Assembly: GCA_012522085.1 (NCBI GenBank) | Contig: JAAYLE010000146.1 | Coordinates: 1-63,655 of the forward strand | Source of the DNA: Bacillota bacterium | GTDB lineage: Bacteria; Bacillota; Limnochordia; JAAZLZ01 | DNA: 63,655 bases | Direction: 5' to 3' | Made by a program: the position numbers and the translations under genes | Notes under the pieces: generated by a model | What the model was told of the DNA's origin: nothing | Seen by the model: only the letters and a program-made list of their open reading frames with translations | Database searches by the model: none | Shown here: in pieces, positions 47,622 to 56,966 of the stretch | Layout: each line of letters opens with the position of its first letter | Position numbering within the stretch: the stretch's first letter is position 1

Positions 47622-48662
47622 CTAACGCCGGCGCAAGAAAGCCGGTATGTCTAGCTCATCGCTGACAAAGGGCTTGATCTCCAAAGATTCAATCCCGAAT
47701 TCCTTTTTGGGGGAGTCGAAACCGGTGGCAATGACCGTGACCCGCACCTCATCCCCCAGGGTTTCATCGATGATCGCCCCGAAGATGATATTCGCCTCAG
47801 AATCGGCAGCCTCGCCAATGATTTCGGCCGCTTCATTCACTTCATAAAGTCCCAGCGAGGAGCTGCCCGTAATGTTGAGAAGAATGCCCTTCGCCCCTTC
47901 GATGCTCGCTTCCAGCAAGGGGCTGGAAATTGCGGCCCGGGCAGCTTTGACGGCCCGTTCTTCCCCGGAGGCCCGTCCAATGCCCATCAACGCTGAACCG
48001 GCATCGGTCATGATGGTCCTCACATCAGCAAAATCCAGATTAATCAGTCCAGGGACAGTGATCAAATCGGAGATCCCTTGGACGCCCTGTCGCAGCACAT
48101 CGTCGGCGATGGCAAAGGCCTCCAGGATTGATGTTCGCTTGTCCACCACCTGCAGGAGGCGATCGTTGGGGATGATGATGAGGGTATCCACCTTATCCCG
48201 CAGGTTCTCAATACCTTGCTCAGCCTGCTGCTGGCGTCGTCGGCCTTCAAAGCTGAAGGGCTTGGTGACCACCCCCACCGTCAGGCAGGAAAGTTCCTTG
48301 GCAACTTGCGCCACAACAGGCGTGCCGCCAGTCCCCGTACCGCCCCCCATGCCGGCCGTGATGAAAACCATGTCCGCCCCTTCGAGGGCCTCCCTGATAT
48401 CCTCCTTGCTCTCTTCGGCTGCCTTCATGCCGATCTCTGGATTAGAACCGGCCCCGAGGCCTTTCGTCAGCTTCTCGCCCAGCCGGATGCGGCGCGAGGC
48501 ATTGGAGAGCAGCAGGGCCTGGGCATCGGTGTTCATCGCGATGAACTCAACACCCCTCAGCTCGGCTTCGATCATCCTGTTGACCGCGTTGCTGCCTCCA
48601 CCCCCGACGCCCACCACTTTGATGTTCGCGAAATGCCCGTTTTCCGAGTCGAACTCAAACAT
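47622..48662 (-). CDS. ftsZ: Cell division GTPase FtsZ
   Basis: [35 protein letters not shown], and a C-terminal DIPAFLRRR tail. Confidence 0.98.
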   Translation of the reverse strand: MFEFDSENGHFANIKVVGVGGGGSNAVNRMIEAELRGVEFIAMNTDAQALLLSNASRRIRLGEKLTKGLGAGSNPEIGMKAAEESKEDIREALEGADMVFITAGMGGGTGTGGTPVVAQVAKELSCLTVGVVTKPFSFEGRRRQQQAEQGIENLRDKVDTLIIIPNDRLLQVVDKRTSILEAFAIADDVLRQGVQGISDLITVPGLINLDFADVRTIMTDAGSALMGIGRASGEERAVKAARAAISSPLLEASIEGAKGILLNITGSSSLGLYEVNEAAEIIGEAADSEANIIFGAIIDETLGDEVRVTVIATGFDSPKKEFGIESLEIKPFVSDELDIPAFLRRR

Positions 48663-48823
48663 AGGAAACGTCCTCCTTCTTCAGGACACATTTTGCTGAT
48701 AGCCCCCGACAAACCCACGGCGTGGACAAAGCTACTCTCTTGCGAAAAGGCCAATCCCCTGGCCTATGCCAGAACCCTTGCCACCTCCTCCGCGAGGCTT
48801 CACTTCGCGCCCCCAGGAGGCGC

Positions 48824-49534
48824 TCATTGCGGCCTTTTCTCCAGTACAGGCGTATGGGGGAGTCTTAGATCAAGGGAAGCCGGGCCCGACGGCAAACGAT
48901 ACAGCAAAGATTCGAGCACATCAATCTTCAAGGGCAAGTCCACCCCTGGTCCAAGACGAACTCGCACTCCATGTCGAGTGACCAGCTGAATATCCTCCAA
49001 ATCTAAGACGTTGATCTCCGAGATTTCATCCCGCATGGCGGGAGTGCAAAGGGCGGCCACCCGGGCGCCTGTCTGTATCGATCGAGAGGCAACGACCTCG
49101 CCTAGAGCAAGTCCCACTGGAGTCTGACCGTTCAGCACAGGCAAGTCCAACAGGTGCGCCGGGCCCAAAACGACACCTGATCCATCAATAGTGTAAAAAG
49201 CTTCTGTATAGGGAATGATCGCCACTGGCTCCCGCTCTTCGAGGGTGACTATGACCGACCCTGGAAGCCGACGGGCAATTTCCACGGATCGCACCTGCGG
49301 CATCTCTTCCAGCCGCTCTTGGGCCCGAGCCGCATCGAAACGGAAGATGTTTTTTTGCCCCACAAGGCCCAGGGCCAGCAAAATCTCTTCTTCGGTGACC
49401 GCCTCGGCCCCAAGGATCTCGACGTGGGTGATGTTGAAGTAGGGTGAATACAAGAAGGCTACGAAGGCGACTACGAACAAGAATCCTATTACCGACAGGG
49501 CAAATCCTCGTGAATCGTCGTTTTCGCCGCGCAT
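48824..49534 (-). CDS. ftsQ: Cell division protein FtsQ/DivIB (POTRA)
   Basis: TM segment plus POTRA domain (ITHVEILGAEAVTEEEILLALGL..GQNIF). Position is between the mur genes and ftsZ. Confidence 0.8.
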   Translation of the reverse strand: MRGENDDSRGFALSVIGFLFVVAFVAFLYSPYFNITHVEILGAEAVTEEEILLALGLVGQKNIFRFDAARAQERLEEMPQVRSVEIARRLPGSVIVTLEEREPVAIIPYTEAFYTIDGSGVVLGPAHLLDLPVLNGQTPVGLALGEVVASRSIQTGARVAALCTPAMRDEISEINVLDLEDIQLVTRHGVRVRLGPGVDLPLKIDVLESLLYRLPSGPASLDLRLPHTPVLEKRPQ

Positions 49535-49579
49535 AGCTTCAACCCCTAGTCAACGGGCGGGATACTCATGCTTACGCTG

Positions 49580-49588
49580 ATTATACCA
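49580..49588 (-). promoter_or_regulatory. Extended -10 promoter element upstream of ftsQ
   Basis: Minus strand reads TGGTATAAT (TGn + perfect TATAAT), 45 nt upstream of the ftsQ ATG. The -35 is poor (TTTCAT). Confidence 0.45.
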
Positions 49589-49611
49589 TAACCAGGCACC
49601 TCATGAAAGAA

Positions 49612-50883
49612 TTAACAAGCCCTTTCCTCGATCCCTTCCCGACGGATCTGGGCGCCGACCGCCGCCAGCTTCCCTTCGATCCCCTCGTAGCCCCGGTCGA
49701 TATGGCCCACATCTTCCACCACTGTCTCTCCTTCGGCGGCCAATCCCGCCAGCACCAATGCCGCCCCCGCCCGCAGATCCGGCACCGACACCACCGCCCC
49801 GGAAAGCCTGCCCACACCCCGGATGATGGCCGTCTGACCCTCGACGACTATGTCCGCCCCCATGCGGCGTAGTTCGGCCACATGCTTGAGCCGGTTGTTG
49901 TAAATCTCCTCGGTGATGATGCTGATCCCTCGGGCGATAGTGGCCAAGGAAACAAACTGGGGCTGCAGGTCGGTGGGGAAGCCTGGATAGGGCCGCGTGC
50001 GCAGATGGAAGGGGCGAATAGGGCCTGCTGCCCGCACCCGGATCGTCTCCCGATCGAGGCATTCCAACTCCACCCCGGCCTCAAGGAGCTTATGGATAAC
50101 CGCGCCTAAGTGATCGGCCACCGCACCTTCGATGATCAAATCGCCTCCGGTCATGGCTGCCGCCAGCATGTAGCTGCCGGCTTCCACCCGATCGGGGATG
50201 ACCTGGTAATCGGCTCCCCCCAGCTCCTCCACGCCGTCTATTTCAATCTGGTTGGTGCCCGCGCCCCGGATTCGGGCCCCCATTTGGTTGAGGAACTCCT
50301 GGGATTCGACTATTTCCGGTTCCATGGCCGCGTTTTGGATGATCGTCCGGCCCCTGGCCAGGGCGGCGGCCATCATCAAGTTCTCCGTCGCTCCCACACT
50401 CGGGTAGTCGAGATGGATTTCCGCCCCCTCCAGGCGCTCCCCCTGAGCGTAGACATAGCCTTGATCCTCCCAGACCCGGGCGCCAAGGGCCCGCAGACCC
50501 CGCAAATGCATGTCGATGGGCCGATCGCCGATGGCGCAGCCCCCGGGCAGGGACACCCTGACCTTGCCCAGTCTCACCAACAAAGGCCCCATTACCTGGA
50601 TTGATGCCCGCATACTCTTGATCAGTTCATGGGGCGCCGTGTATTCCAACTCATCACGGACTTCGATCCACAGGCTGCTGCCCCGCCAATCGACCCGGGC
50701 GCCAAGGCTGCGAAGCACATCACACATAGTCTCCACATCTTTGATCCGCGGCACGTTGCGGATGCAGCACGGTTCATTGCTGAGGAGGGAGGCGCACATC
50801 AGTTTGAGGACGGCATTTTTCGCCCCGCTAACGCGAATTTTGCCCTTGAGGGGAACGCCTCCCCGGATGACTAGTCTCTCCAA
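49612..50883 (-). CDS. murA: UDP-N-acetylglucosamine 1-carboxyvinyltransferase
   Basis: [26 protein letters not shown]...RPID.H...FPTDLQ. Start is TTG 50883, 6 nt after GGAGGTG (the track has GTG 50892). Confidence 0.92.
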   Translation of the reverse strand: MERLVIRGGVPLKGKIRVSGAKNAVLKLMCASLLSNEPCCIRNVPRIKDVETMCDVLRSLGARVDWRGSSLWIEVRDELEYTAPHELIKSMRASIQVMGPLLVRLGKVRVSLPGGCAIGDRPIDMHLRGLRALGARVWEDQGYVYAQGERLEGAEIHLDYPSVGATENLMMAAALARGRTIIQNAAMEPEIVESQEFLNQMGARIRGAGTNQIEIDGVEELGGADYQVIPDRVEAGSYMLAAAMTGGDLIIEGAVADHLGAVIHKLLEAGVELECLDRETIRVRAAGPIRPFHLRTRPYPGFPTDLQPQFVSLATIARGISIITEEIYNNRLKHVAELRRMGADIVVEGQTAIIRGVGRLSGAVVSVPDLRAGAALVLAGLAAEGETVVEDVGHIDRGYEGIEGKLAAVGAQIRREGIEERAC

Positions 50884-52261
50884 GGCACACACCTCCGATG
50901 GACAATGGAGCAGCCCGCAATTGTTCTAGATAAGCATGGGCAACCCGGTGAACATCCCCCGCGCCCATGGTTAAGACCAGATCCCCGGGCCGGCAAAGCT
51001 CCCCAAGGAGCAGTGGGATTTCACTTAACTTAGGAACAAAATGCACTCCCCGGCCAAGTCTCTTTTCCACCATCCCGGCCAGCTTCTCCCCCGACACGCC
51101 CGGGATGACCTTCTCCCCAGCCGGATAAATCGCGGTGATTATCACCTCATCCGCATCATCGAAGGACCGTGCTAATGCGTCCTCGAGATAATAGGTGCGG
51201 GTGTAGCGATGGGGCTGGAAGACGGCCACCACCCGCCTTCCTAAGGTCCGAGCCGCCGCCAGGGTGGCCTTAATCTCCGTTGGATGGTGGGCATAATCAT
51301 CTACCACCAAAATGCCGCCAACATCCCCCAGGACTTCAAAGCGGCGGCAGGCCCCCGAAAACTTTGCCAAGGACTCCTGAATGGAATCAAACGGAAAACC
51401 GAGAGATGTGCCTACGGCCACCGCAGCCAAAGCATTCATGACATTATGTACACCCGGAATCTTCAGCTCGAGCCGTCCCAGCACATCACCCCGGCAACGA
51501 ACGGTGCAGGCCGATCCTTTGGGATGAAGATGCACGTCAGTTGCGCAAACATCGCCCGTTCTCAGACCATAGGTCATGATGGGCGGCTTAGCTCTGCTTG
51601 CCAGGCCGGCAACGCGCGGGTCGTCGGTCCCCAAGATGGCGAAGGAGAGGCCCTGAAGAAAGCGTTCAAAGGCATCCACAATGGCCTCAAGAGACCCATA
51701 GTTTTCCAAGTGATCGGCCTCGATGTTGGTAATAACACCCATTTGGGGCCTCAACTTGAGGAAGGAGCCATCGCTTTCATCGGCTTCAGCAACGAAGTAT
51801 CGACCCTTTCCCAGGCGTACGTTAGAACCGATGTCCAAGACTTCGCCGCCAATGATCACCGTCGGATCCGCCCCGCAGTCGGCAAGCATCAAGCCGACCA
51901 TAGAGGTGGTAGTTGTCTTGCCGTGGGTGCCGGCGACGGCAATGCCGTAGTAGTCGGACATCAACTCGCCGAGCATTTCCGCGCGGGTCACAACCGGTAT
52001 TGACCGGTGATGGGCCGCCTGCAACTCTGGATTCTCCTCGGCAATGGCTGAGGAGACGACCACCACATCAGGGGACCCGACGTTTTCCGGGTCATGGCCG
52101 ATATTGATCACCGCTCCCCGTCGCCTCAGATCGACGATGCGGTCCGATTCCATCACATCCGACCCGGTCACATGAACGCCCCTGCTCAAAAAAAGACGGG
52201 CTATACCGCTCATCCCTGCCCCGCCGATGCCGACGAAATGCAAGCTGGAATAGGGCTTCAA
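50828..52261 (-). CDS. murC: UDP-N-acetylmuramate--L-alanine ligase (dcw-cluster copy)
   Basis: LHFVGIGGAGMSGIA, VAGTHGKTTTTSM, EADESDGSF. TTG start. A C-terminal tail of about 35 aa overlaps the murA start. Confidence 0.9.
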   Translation of the reverse strand: MKPYSSLHFVGIGGAGMSGIARLFLSRGVHVTGSDVMESDRIVDLRRRGAVINIGHDPENVGSPDVVVVSSAIAEENPELQAAHHRSIPVVTRAEMLGELMSDYYGIAVAGTHGKTTTTSMVGLMLADCGADPTVIIGGEVLDIGSNVRLGKGRYFVAEADESDGSFLKLRPQMGVITNIEADHLENYGSLEAIVDAFERFLQGLSFAILGTDDPRVAGLASRAKPPIMTYGLRTGDVCATDVHLHPKGSACTVRCRGDVLGRLELKIPGVHNVMNALAAVAVGTSLGFPFDSIQESLAKFSGACRRFEVLGDVGGILVVDDYAHHPTEIKATLAAARTLGRRVVAVFQPHRYTRTYYLEDALARSFDDADEVIITAIYPAGEKVIPGVSGEKLAGMVEKRLGRGVHFVPKLSEIPLLLGELCRPGDLVLTMGAGDVHRVAHAYLEQLRAAPLSIGGVCLGETSHPGRRSPQGQNSR

Positions 52262-52361
52262 AGTCTCACTTCCTTTCTTCCTGCGGGGTTTCGGGCAGCT
52301 ACATCTTATCCTATGCCATCCAGGCTAGGTCGGTTACACCCCTGCTTGTCCACCGCCATTG

Positions 52362-53483
52362 CTAAAGCAGGGAGTCCAACAGGTCGACGATGTCCCAGAC
52401 GGCCCTGGGCCGACCTAGCCGGCGGCTGTTGGTCGCCATGGTTTCGAGGCGGGCCCTGTCCGCCAACAGGCCCTCGACGGTCTCGAGGAGCAAAGGGCCT
52501 GTCAGCTCATGGTCCAAGATGACCACTCCCGCCCCCTCCCGTTCCAGTACACGGGCGTTTTTCTCCTGGTGGTTCTCGGCAGCAAAGGGGAAGGGAATCA
52601 AAACGCAAGGCAGTCCCCGGGCGGTAAGCTCCGCGATGGAGATGGCTCCCGCCCGAGCAACGACTAGGTCGGCACAGGCAAGAACTTCCGGCATGTCGTG
52701 GATGTAAGGCAGCACCCAGACGTTACCAAAGAGGGTCCCATCGCCTCTAGGGCTGCCCGCCGCAAGCTTCGCCAAGGCGTCCCCCACCCGTTGGTAGTCA
52801 TCCTTCCCCGTCTGGTGAATCACCATCAGATCCCGCCGCTGCAAAAAAGAAGGAAAGACCTGGGCCATCGCGTTGTTGATGGTACGAGCCCCTTGACTAG
52901 CTCCCAATACCAAGAGCACCCTCTTGTCCTTCTTCAGACCCAAGAGGTGGAGCGCCTCATCCCTTTCCCTGGCTACGATTTCCGGCCTAACAGGGTTGCC
53001 CGTCACAAAGATGCGCGCTTTAGGGGAAAGGTGCTTGGCAGCGTCCGCGTAACCTAGAGCAACCGCCCCGGCAAAACGGGACAGCAGGCGATTGGTAAGG
53101 CCAGGATAGGCGTTTTGCTCTTGAATGAGGGTGGGCAGCCCCTGCAGGATGGCTGCCGCCAGGACTGGCCCCGCCGCATACCCGCCGGTGCCGACGACCA
53201 CATCGGGCCGAAAGTCCCTGAGCACCCGGAACGAGTCCCCAAGGCCCAAGGCAGCCAGGCCCAGACTCCTGAGAGTCTTCCACGAAGGCCGTCGGCTCAA
53301 AGGAGCTGACCGGATGAGCTTTAGGGGCCAACCGTTCCGGGGAATGATGTCCTTCTCCAGGCCGCGGGCTGTGCCCACAAAGAGGACTTCGCCTTCGGGA
53401 TGACGAGCCTGCCAGACCTGGGCGATGGTCATCCCGGGGTAAATATGTCCGCCGGTGCCGCCGGCCGCGATCAGTAGTCTCAC
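52362..53483 (-). CDS. murG: Lipid II-forming glycosyltransferase MurG
   Basis: LIAAGGTGGHIYPG..., GGYAAGP and ARAGAISIAEL motifs. Confidence 0.93.
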   Translation of the reverse strand: MRLLIAAGGTGGHIYPGMTIAQVWQARHPEGEVLFVGTARGLEKDIIPRNGWPLKLIRSAPLSRRPSWKTLRSLGLAALGLGDSFRVLRDFRPDVVVGTGGYAAGPVLAAAILQGLPTLIQEQNAYPGLTNRLLSRFAGAVALGYADAAKHLSPKARIFVTGNPVRPEIVARERDEALHLLGLKKDKRVLLVLGASQGARTINNAMAQVFPSFLQRRDLMVIHQTGKDDYQRVGDALAKLAAGSPRGDGTLFGNVWVLPYIHDMPEVLACADLVVARAGAISIAELTARGLPCVLIPFPFAAENHQEKNARVLEREGAGVVILDHELTGPLLLETVEGLLADRARLETMATNSRRLGRPRAVWDIVDLLDSLL

Positions 53484-53484
53484 A

Positions 53485-54576
53485 TCAAGCCCTCCACCGG
53501 GAAATGTTGAGTAGGATGCCCACCCCGGCCAAAGTGATCGTCAGCGATGACCCGCCGAAACTAATGAAAGGCAGGGTAATCCCCGTGATGGGCAGGGAGC
53601 CCGTAACCACCCCAATGTTCAGCAAAGCCTGGAAGGTCACTATGCTGGTGATGCCCAGGGCCAGCATGCAGCCAAAAAAGTCCGGCGAAGACAGGGCTAT
53701 CTTCAAGCCTCGCCAGGCAAAAAGGAAAAAGAGCAAGACCACCGCCGCCGCCCCGAGAAAGCCCAACTCCTCGCCGAGGATAGCGAAGATGAAGTCGGTG
53801 TGGGCCTCGGGAAGATACAAGTATTTCTCCCGGCCCTGCCCAAGGCCAAGTCCAAACAGTCCCCCCGAACCGATGGCCAACAGCGACTGGATGATATTCC
53901 AGCCGGAATCCAGCGGATCAGCCCAAGGGTCGATGAAAGCCAGCAGGCGGCGCAGCCGGTAGGGAGCCTTAATGATCAGGATCAGCAAACAGGGCAGGGC
54001 ACCGAGGGCCACCAAGGACATGTGCCAGAGGGAGGCCCCAGCGCCAAAGAGCATGATCATGGCATTCATGAAGATCACCGCGCCGGTGCCAAAGTCCGGC
54101 TCCAGCAAGATAAGGCCGACAGCGACGACCACAACCAGCAAGGGCGGCAAGAACCCGGTAAGAAAATGACGGAGATTCCCCCGCCAGCGGTCACAGTAGG
54201 CGGCGATGAAAAGGACCACGCAAAGCTTGGCCAGCTCCGACGGCTGAAATCCGGTAAACCCCAGGAGGAGCCACCGACGGGAACCGCCGATGATCGGTCC
54301 AATCACCAGCACCAACCCAAGCAGCATGAGGCTGATGAGGATCCCCGGGAAAGCAAGCCGGCGATAGAACCGGTAGTCCAAGTGGGACAGAATCCCCATG
54401 ACCAGGAGACCCAAGGCTGCCCAGAGGAGCTGGCGCTTCAGATAATAGTAGGGATCATTATGTTCCATCAAACTGGCCACCGAACTGGCGCTGAAGACCA
54501 TCACAACGCCAACGCCGAGAAGAACAATGGTTATCAAGATAATAGCCAGGTCGGGCGTACCCTTCTTCCCTGCCAT
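53485..54576 (-). CDS. ftsW: SEDS-family peptidoglycan polymerase FtsW/SpoVE
   Basis: 10-TM SEDS pattern with FQPSELAKL, PEAHTDFIFA and LPFISFGGSS. Confidence 0.92.
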   Translation of the reverse strand: MAGKKGTPDLAIILITIVLLGVGVVMVFSASSVASLMEHNDPYYYLKRQLLWAALGLLVMGILSHLDYRFYRRLAFPGILISLMLLGLVLVIGPIIGGSRRWLLLGFTGFQPSELAKLCVVLFIAAYCDRWRGNLRHFLTGFLPPLLVVVVAVGLILLEPDFGTGAVIFMNAMIMLFGAGASLWHMSLVALGALPCLLILIIKAPYRLRRLLAFIDPWADPLDSGWNIIQSLLAIGSGGLFGLGLGQGREKYLYLPEAHTDFIFAILGEELGFLGAAAVVLLFFLFAWRGLKIALSSPDFFGCMLALGITSIVTFQALLNIGVVTGSLPITGITLPFISFGGSSLTITLAGVGILLNISRWRA

Positions 54577-54591
54577 GGGCTGCTCCCCCCC

Positions 54592-55581
54592 TCAGCTCGG
54601 TAAGAACACCAATACTTTAGCCCCCGGTAGAGCAAACAACCCCAGGAGGGCAAAGAACAGGGCCAAGATCCAAAAGCGCGTTACCACCTTCGGTTCAGCC
54701 CAACCCTCGAGTTCAAAGTGGTGATGCAAAGGACTCATCCGGAAGATGCGTCTTCCTTTACTCAGACGAAAGTAGGCCACTTGAATAATGACCGACAAGG
54801 TCTCAAGGACGAAGATCCCCCCTACCAAGGGCAAGAAAAGTTCGGTCTGGGTCAACACCGCTAGCGACCCTAACACCCCGCCAAGACTCAAGGAACCAGT
54901 ATCCCCCATGAACACCTGCGCCGGATGGGTATTGAACCACGAAAATCCTAAACAAGCTCCAGTCACCGCACCAGCCAGGACGGCAAGCTCTGTTTGTCCT
55001 AAGGAGGCGGCTATCACTCCGTAGGCTGCCGCCGCCACCGCCATCGATCCGGCGGCCAATCCGTCCAGGCCATCGGTCAGGTTGACCCCGTTGGATGCAC
55101 CCAATAACACTAGCACGACCAGCAGTACGAAAAGGCCGGGGGGCAGCTGAATGAACTGACCGGTAAAAGGCACTAGCAAGTGCCGCCCTAGGTCCGGCTC
55201 GGTCAGTGCATACAAGGCCAAAAGCAGCGCAACTAGTACCTGAGCTCCAGCCTTGTAGCGAGCCCTCAGGCCCAAAGGCCTCTTGGCTACGACGATGATA
55301 AAATCATCCAGCAGCCCGATGATCCCGTAGGAGATGGCCACTAGCAACGCGTACGAAACCCGCCGGTCAGGCAAGGTAAAGAACCAAGTAGAGATGAAGT
55401 AGGCGAAAATTATGAGCACCCCGCCCATAGTCGGCACGCCGCTTTTCTTCAGATGGGTTTGGGGCCCGTCATTTCTCACCGTCTGGCCAAACTTCAACCG
55501 CCGCAAATAGCCGATGGTGGCCGGCCCCAAGAGCAAAGTGATCATGAAGGCCGCCACCGCGGCGTAAATTGCGCGCATCAT
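54592..55581 (-). CDS. mraY: Phospho-N-acetylmuramoyl-pentapeptide transferase MraY
   Basis: HLKKSGVPTMGG, NLTDGLDGLA, MGDTGSLSLGG, MSPLHHHFE. Confidence 0.96.
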   Translation of the reverse strand: MMRAIYAAVAAFMITLLLGPATIGYLRRLKFGQTVRNDGPQTHLKKSGVPTMGGVLIIFAYFISTWFFTLPDRRVSYALLVAISYGIIGLLDDFIIVVAKRPLGLRARYKAGAQVLVALLLALYALTEPDLGRHLLVPFTGQFIQLPPGLFVLLVVLVLLGASNGVNLTDGLDGLAAGSMAVAAAAYGVIAASLGQTELAVLAGAVTGACLGFSWFNTHPAQVFMGDTGSLSLGGVLGSLAVLTQTELFLPLVGGIFVLETLSVIIQVAYFRLSKGRRIFRMSPLHHHFELEGWAEPKVVTRFWILALFFALLGLFALPGAKVLVFLPS

Positions 55582-56966
55582 GGGACCAACCCCTCCCGCA
55601 ATCCTGCCACGACCTCCTCAAGGTGCATCCCCCGCGAACCTTTGACTAGGACTGTCGCTCCGGGCCGGAGGATACCGGCTAGCTCCGCCAGGACCGATCG
55701 ATTATCTAAACAAACGGCTATCTGGTCATCAGGGAGGCCGGCCATCCGTGCTCCCTGGGCAATTTCAGCGCCTAAAGGACCCACAACGATCAAGTAGTCA
55801 ACAATATCCGCAGCTAGCTTCCCCACATCCCGATGAAGCTCGGGGGCCTCCGGGCCCAGCTCCAGCATATCCCCCAAGACGGCGATCTTGAATCCCTCGG
55901 CCAGGTTCTTTAATGTCGCCAAGGCAGCCCGCATCGACGCCGGGCTGGCATTGTAGGCATCATTGAGCACAGTTGCCCCATTGGGGAGCTCCTCTACTTG
56001 CAGCCGCATCTCCGTCGGTTGAAAATCCTCTAGACCTTCCGCGATGGCCTCCGCATCGGCTCCTAAAGATGCGGCACAAGCCGCAGCTGCCAACGCGTTG
56101 TAGACATTGTGCCGCCCCGGCATGCCAACCGCCACTTGCACTTCATGGGGAAGCAGAGGACCATACAAGGTAAAGCTGATGGCCCGGGGACCTTCCTGAA
56201 TCCCCTTCGCCCGAAGGTCCCCACTATCGAGACCATAGAAGACTGTCCTCCCCGAATGGCTCGCCCCCATGGCCGCAACCCGCCCGTCATCGGCGTTCAG
56301 CACGGCGATGCCTTGGGGTCCTAAAGCCTCGACCAGCTCCCCCTTGGCCCGGGCCACATTGTCCAAGGAACCCAACAATTCAAGATGGACCTGGCCTACA
56401 TTGGTGACGATCCCGGCGCAGGGGCGGGCAATGCTGCTCAACTCGCGGATCTCCCCCAGGCCCCGCATGCCCATCTCCAGCACCACATAATCACGGTGGG
56501 CATCGGCCTGGAGCAACGTCAAGGGGAGGCCAATGTGGTTGTTGAAATTGCCGGGCGACTTAAGGGTCGACCCCATGCGGCTGAGAATGGCCGCCAACAT
56601 GTCTTTGGTCGTCGTCTTGCCATTGCTTCCCGTAATGCCGATCACCCGGGCCCGCAAGCTCGCCCGCCAATAGGCGGCAAGCTCGTGCAGGGCGACCAAT
56701 GCATCCTTGACCACTACTAAAGGCCCGCCCAGACTTTGCCAACGGTCCCGCTGCCCCTCCTCAACCAGGGAGGCGCCAGCGCCCCTTTCCATGGCGTGGG
56801 CGATGAACTCATGGCCATCAGCTCGCTCGCCCCGGAGGGGGATGAAAAGCTCACCTGGTTCGACCGTGCGGGAATCGATGGATACCCCCGTCAACACGGC
56901 GGGTGGATCGCCGATGGGCTCCCCTCCAGTGGCCTTAAGGACATCTCCGATACTAAGCCTTGCCAA
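55578..56966 (-). CDS. murF: UDP-MurNAc-tripeptide--D-alanyl-D-alanine ligase MurF
   Basis: DSRTVEPGELFIPLRGERADGHEF, ITGSNGKTTTKDM. ATGA overlap with mraY. Confidence 0.92.
   Translation of the reverse strand: MARLSIGDVLKATGGEPIGDPPAVLTGVSIDSRTVEPGELFIPLRGERADGHEFIAHAMERGAGASLVEEGQRDRWQSLGGPLVVVKDALVALHELAAYWRASLRARVIGITGSNGKTTTKDMLAAILSRMGSTLKSPGNFNNHIGLPLTLLQADAHRDYVVLEMGMRGLGEIRELSSIARPCAGIVTNVGQVHLELLGSLDNVARAKGELVEALGPQGIAVLNADDGRVAAMGASHSGRTVFYGLDSGDLRAKGIQEGPRAISFTLYGPLLPHEVQVAVGMPGRHNVYNALAAAACAASLGADAEAIAEGLEDFQPTEMRLQVEELPNGATVLNDAYNASPASMRAALATLKNLAEGFKIAVLGDMLELGPEAPELHRDVGKLAADIVDYLIVVGPLGAEIAQGARMAGLPDDQIAVCLDNRSVLAELAGILRPGATVLVKGSRGMHLEEVVAGLREGLVP

Noticed and set aside
47872-48699. 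275-aa plus-strand ORF antisense to ftsZ. Similar long shadow ORFs occur at 15034-15543 (antisense to rny), 53800-54603 (antisense to ftsW), 5422-5949, 8029-8505 and 56707-57495.
   Set aside because: Their translations are low-complexity and rich in R/S/P/A. They have no SD and lie entirely opposite genes with unmistakable conserved motifs. This is the normal stop-codon-poor antisense frame of GC-rich coding DNA.
52340-52372. Hairpin CCCTGCTT-N17-AAGCAGGG spanning the murG stop codon, considered as a terminator.
   Set aside because: It has a 17-nt loop and no U-tract, and it lies within an operon-like 100-nt gap. It is probably not a terminator.
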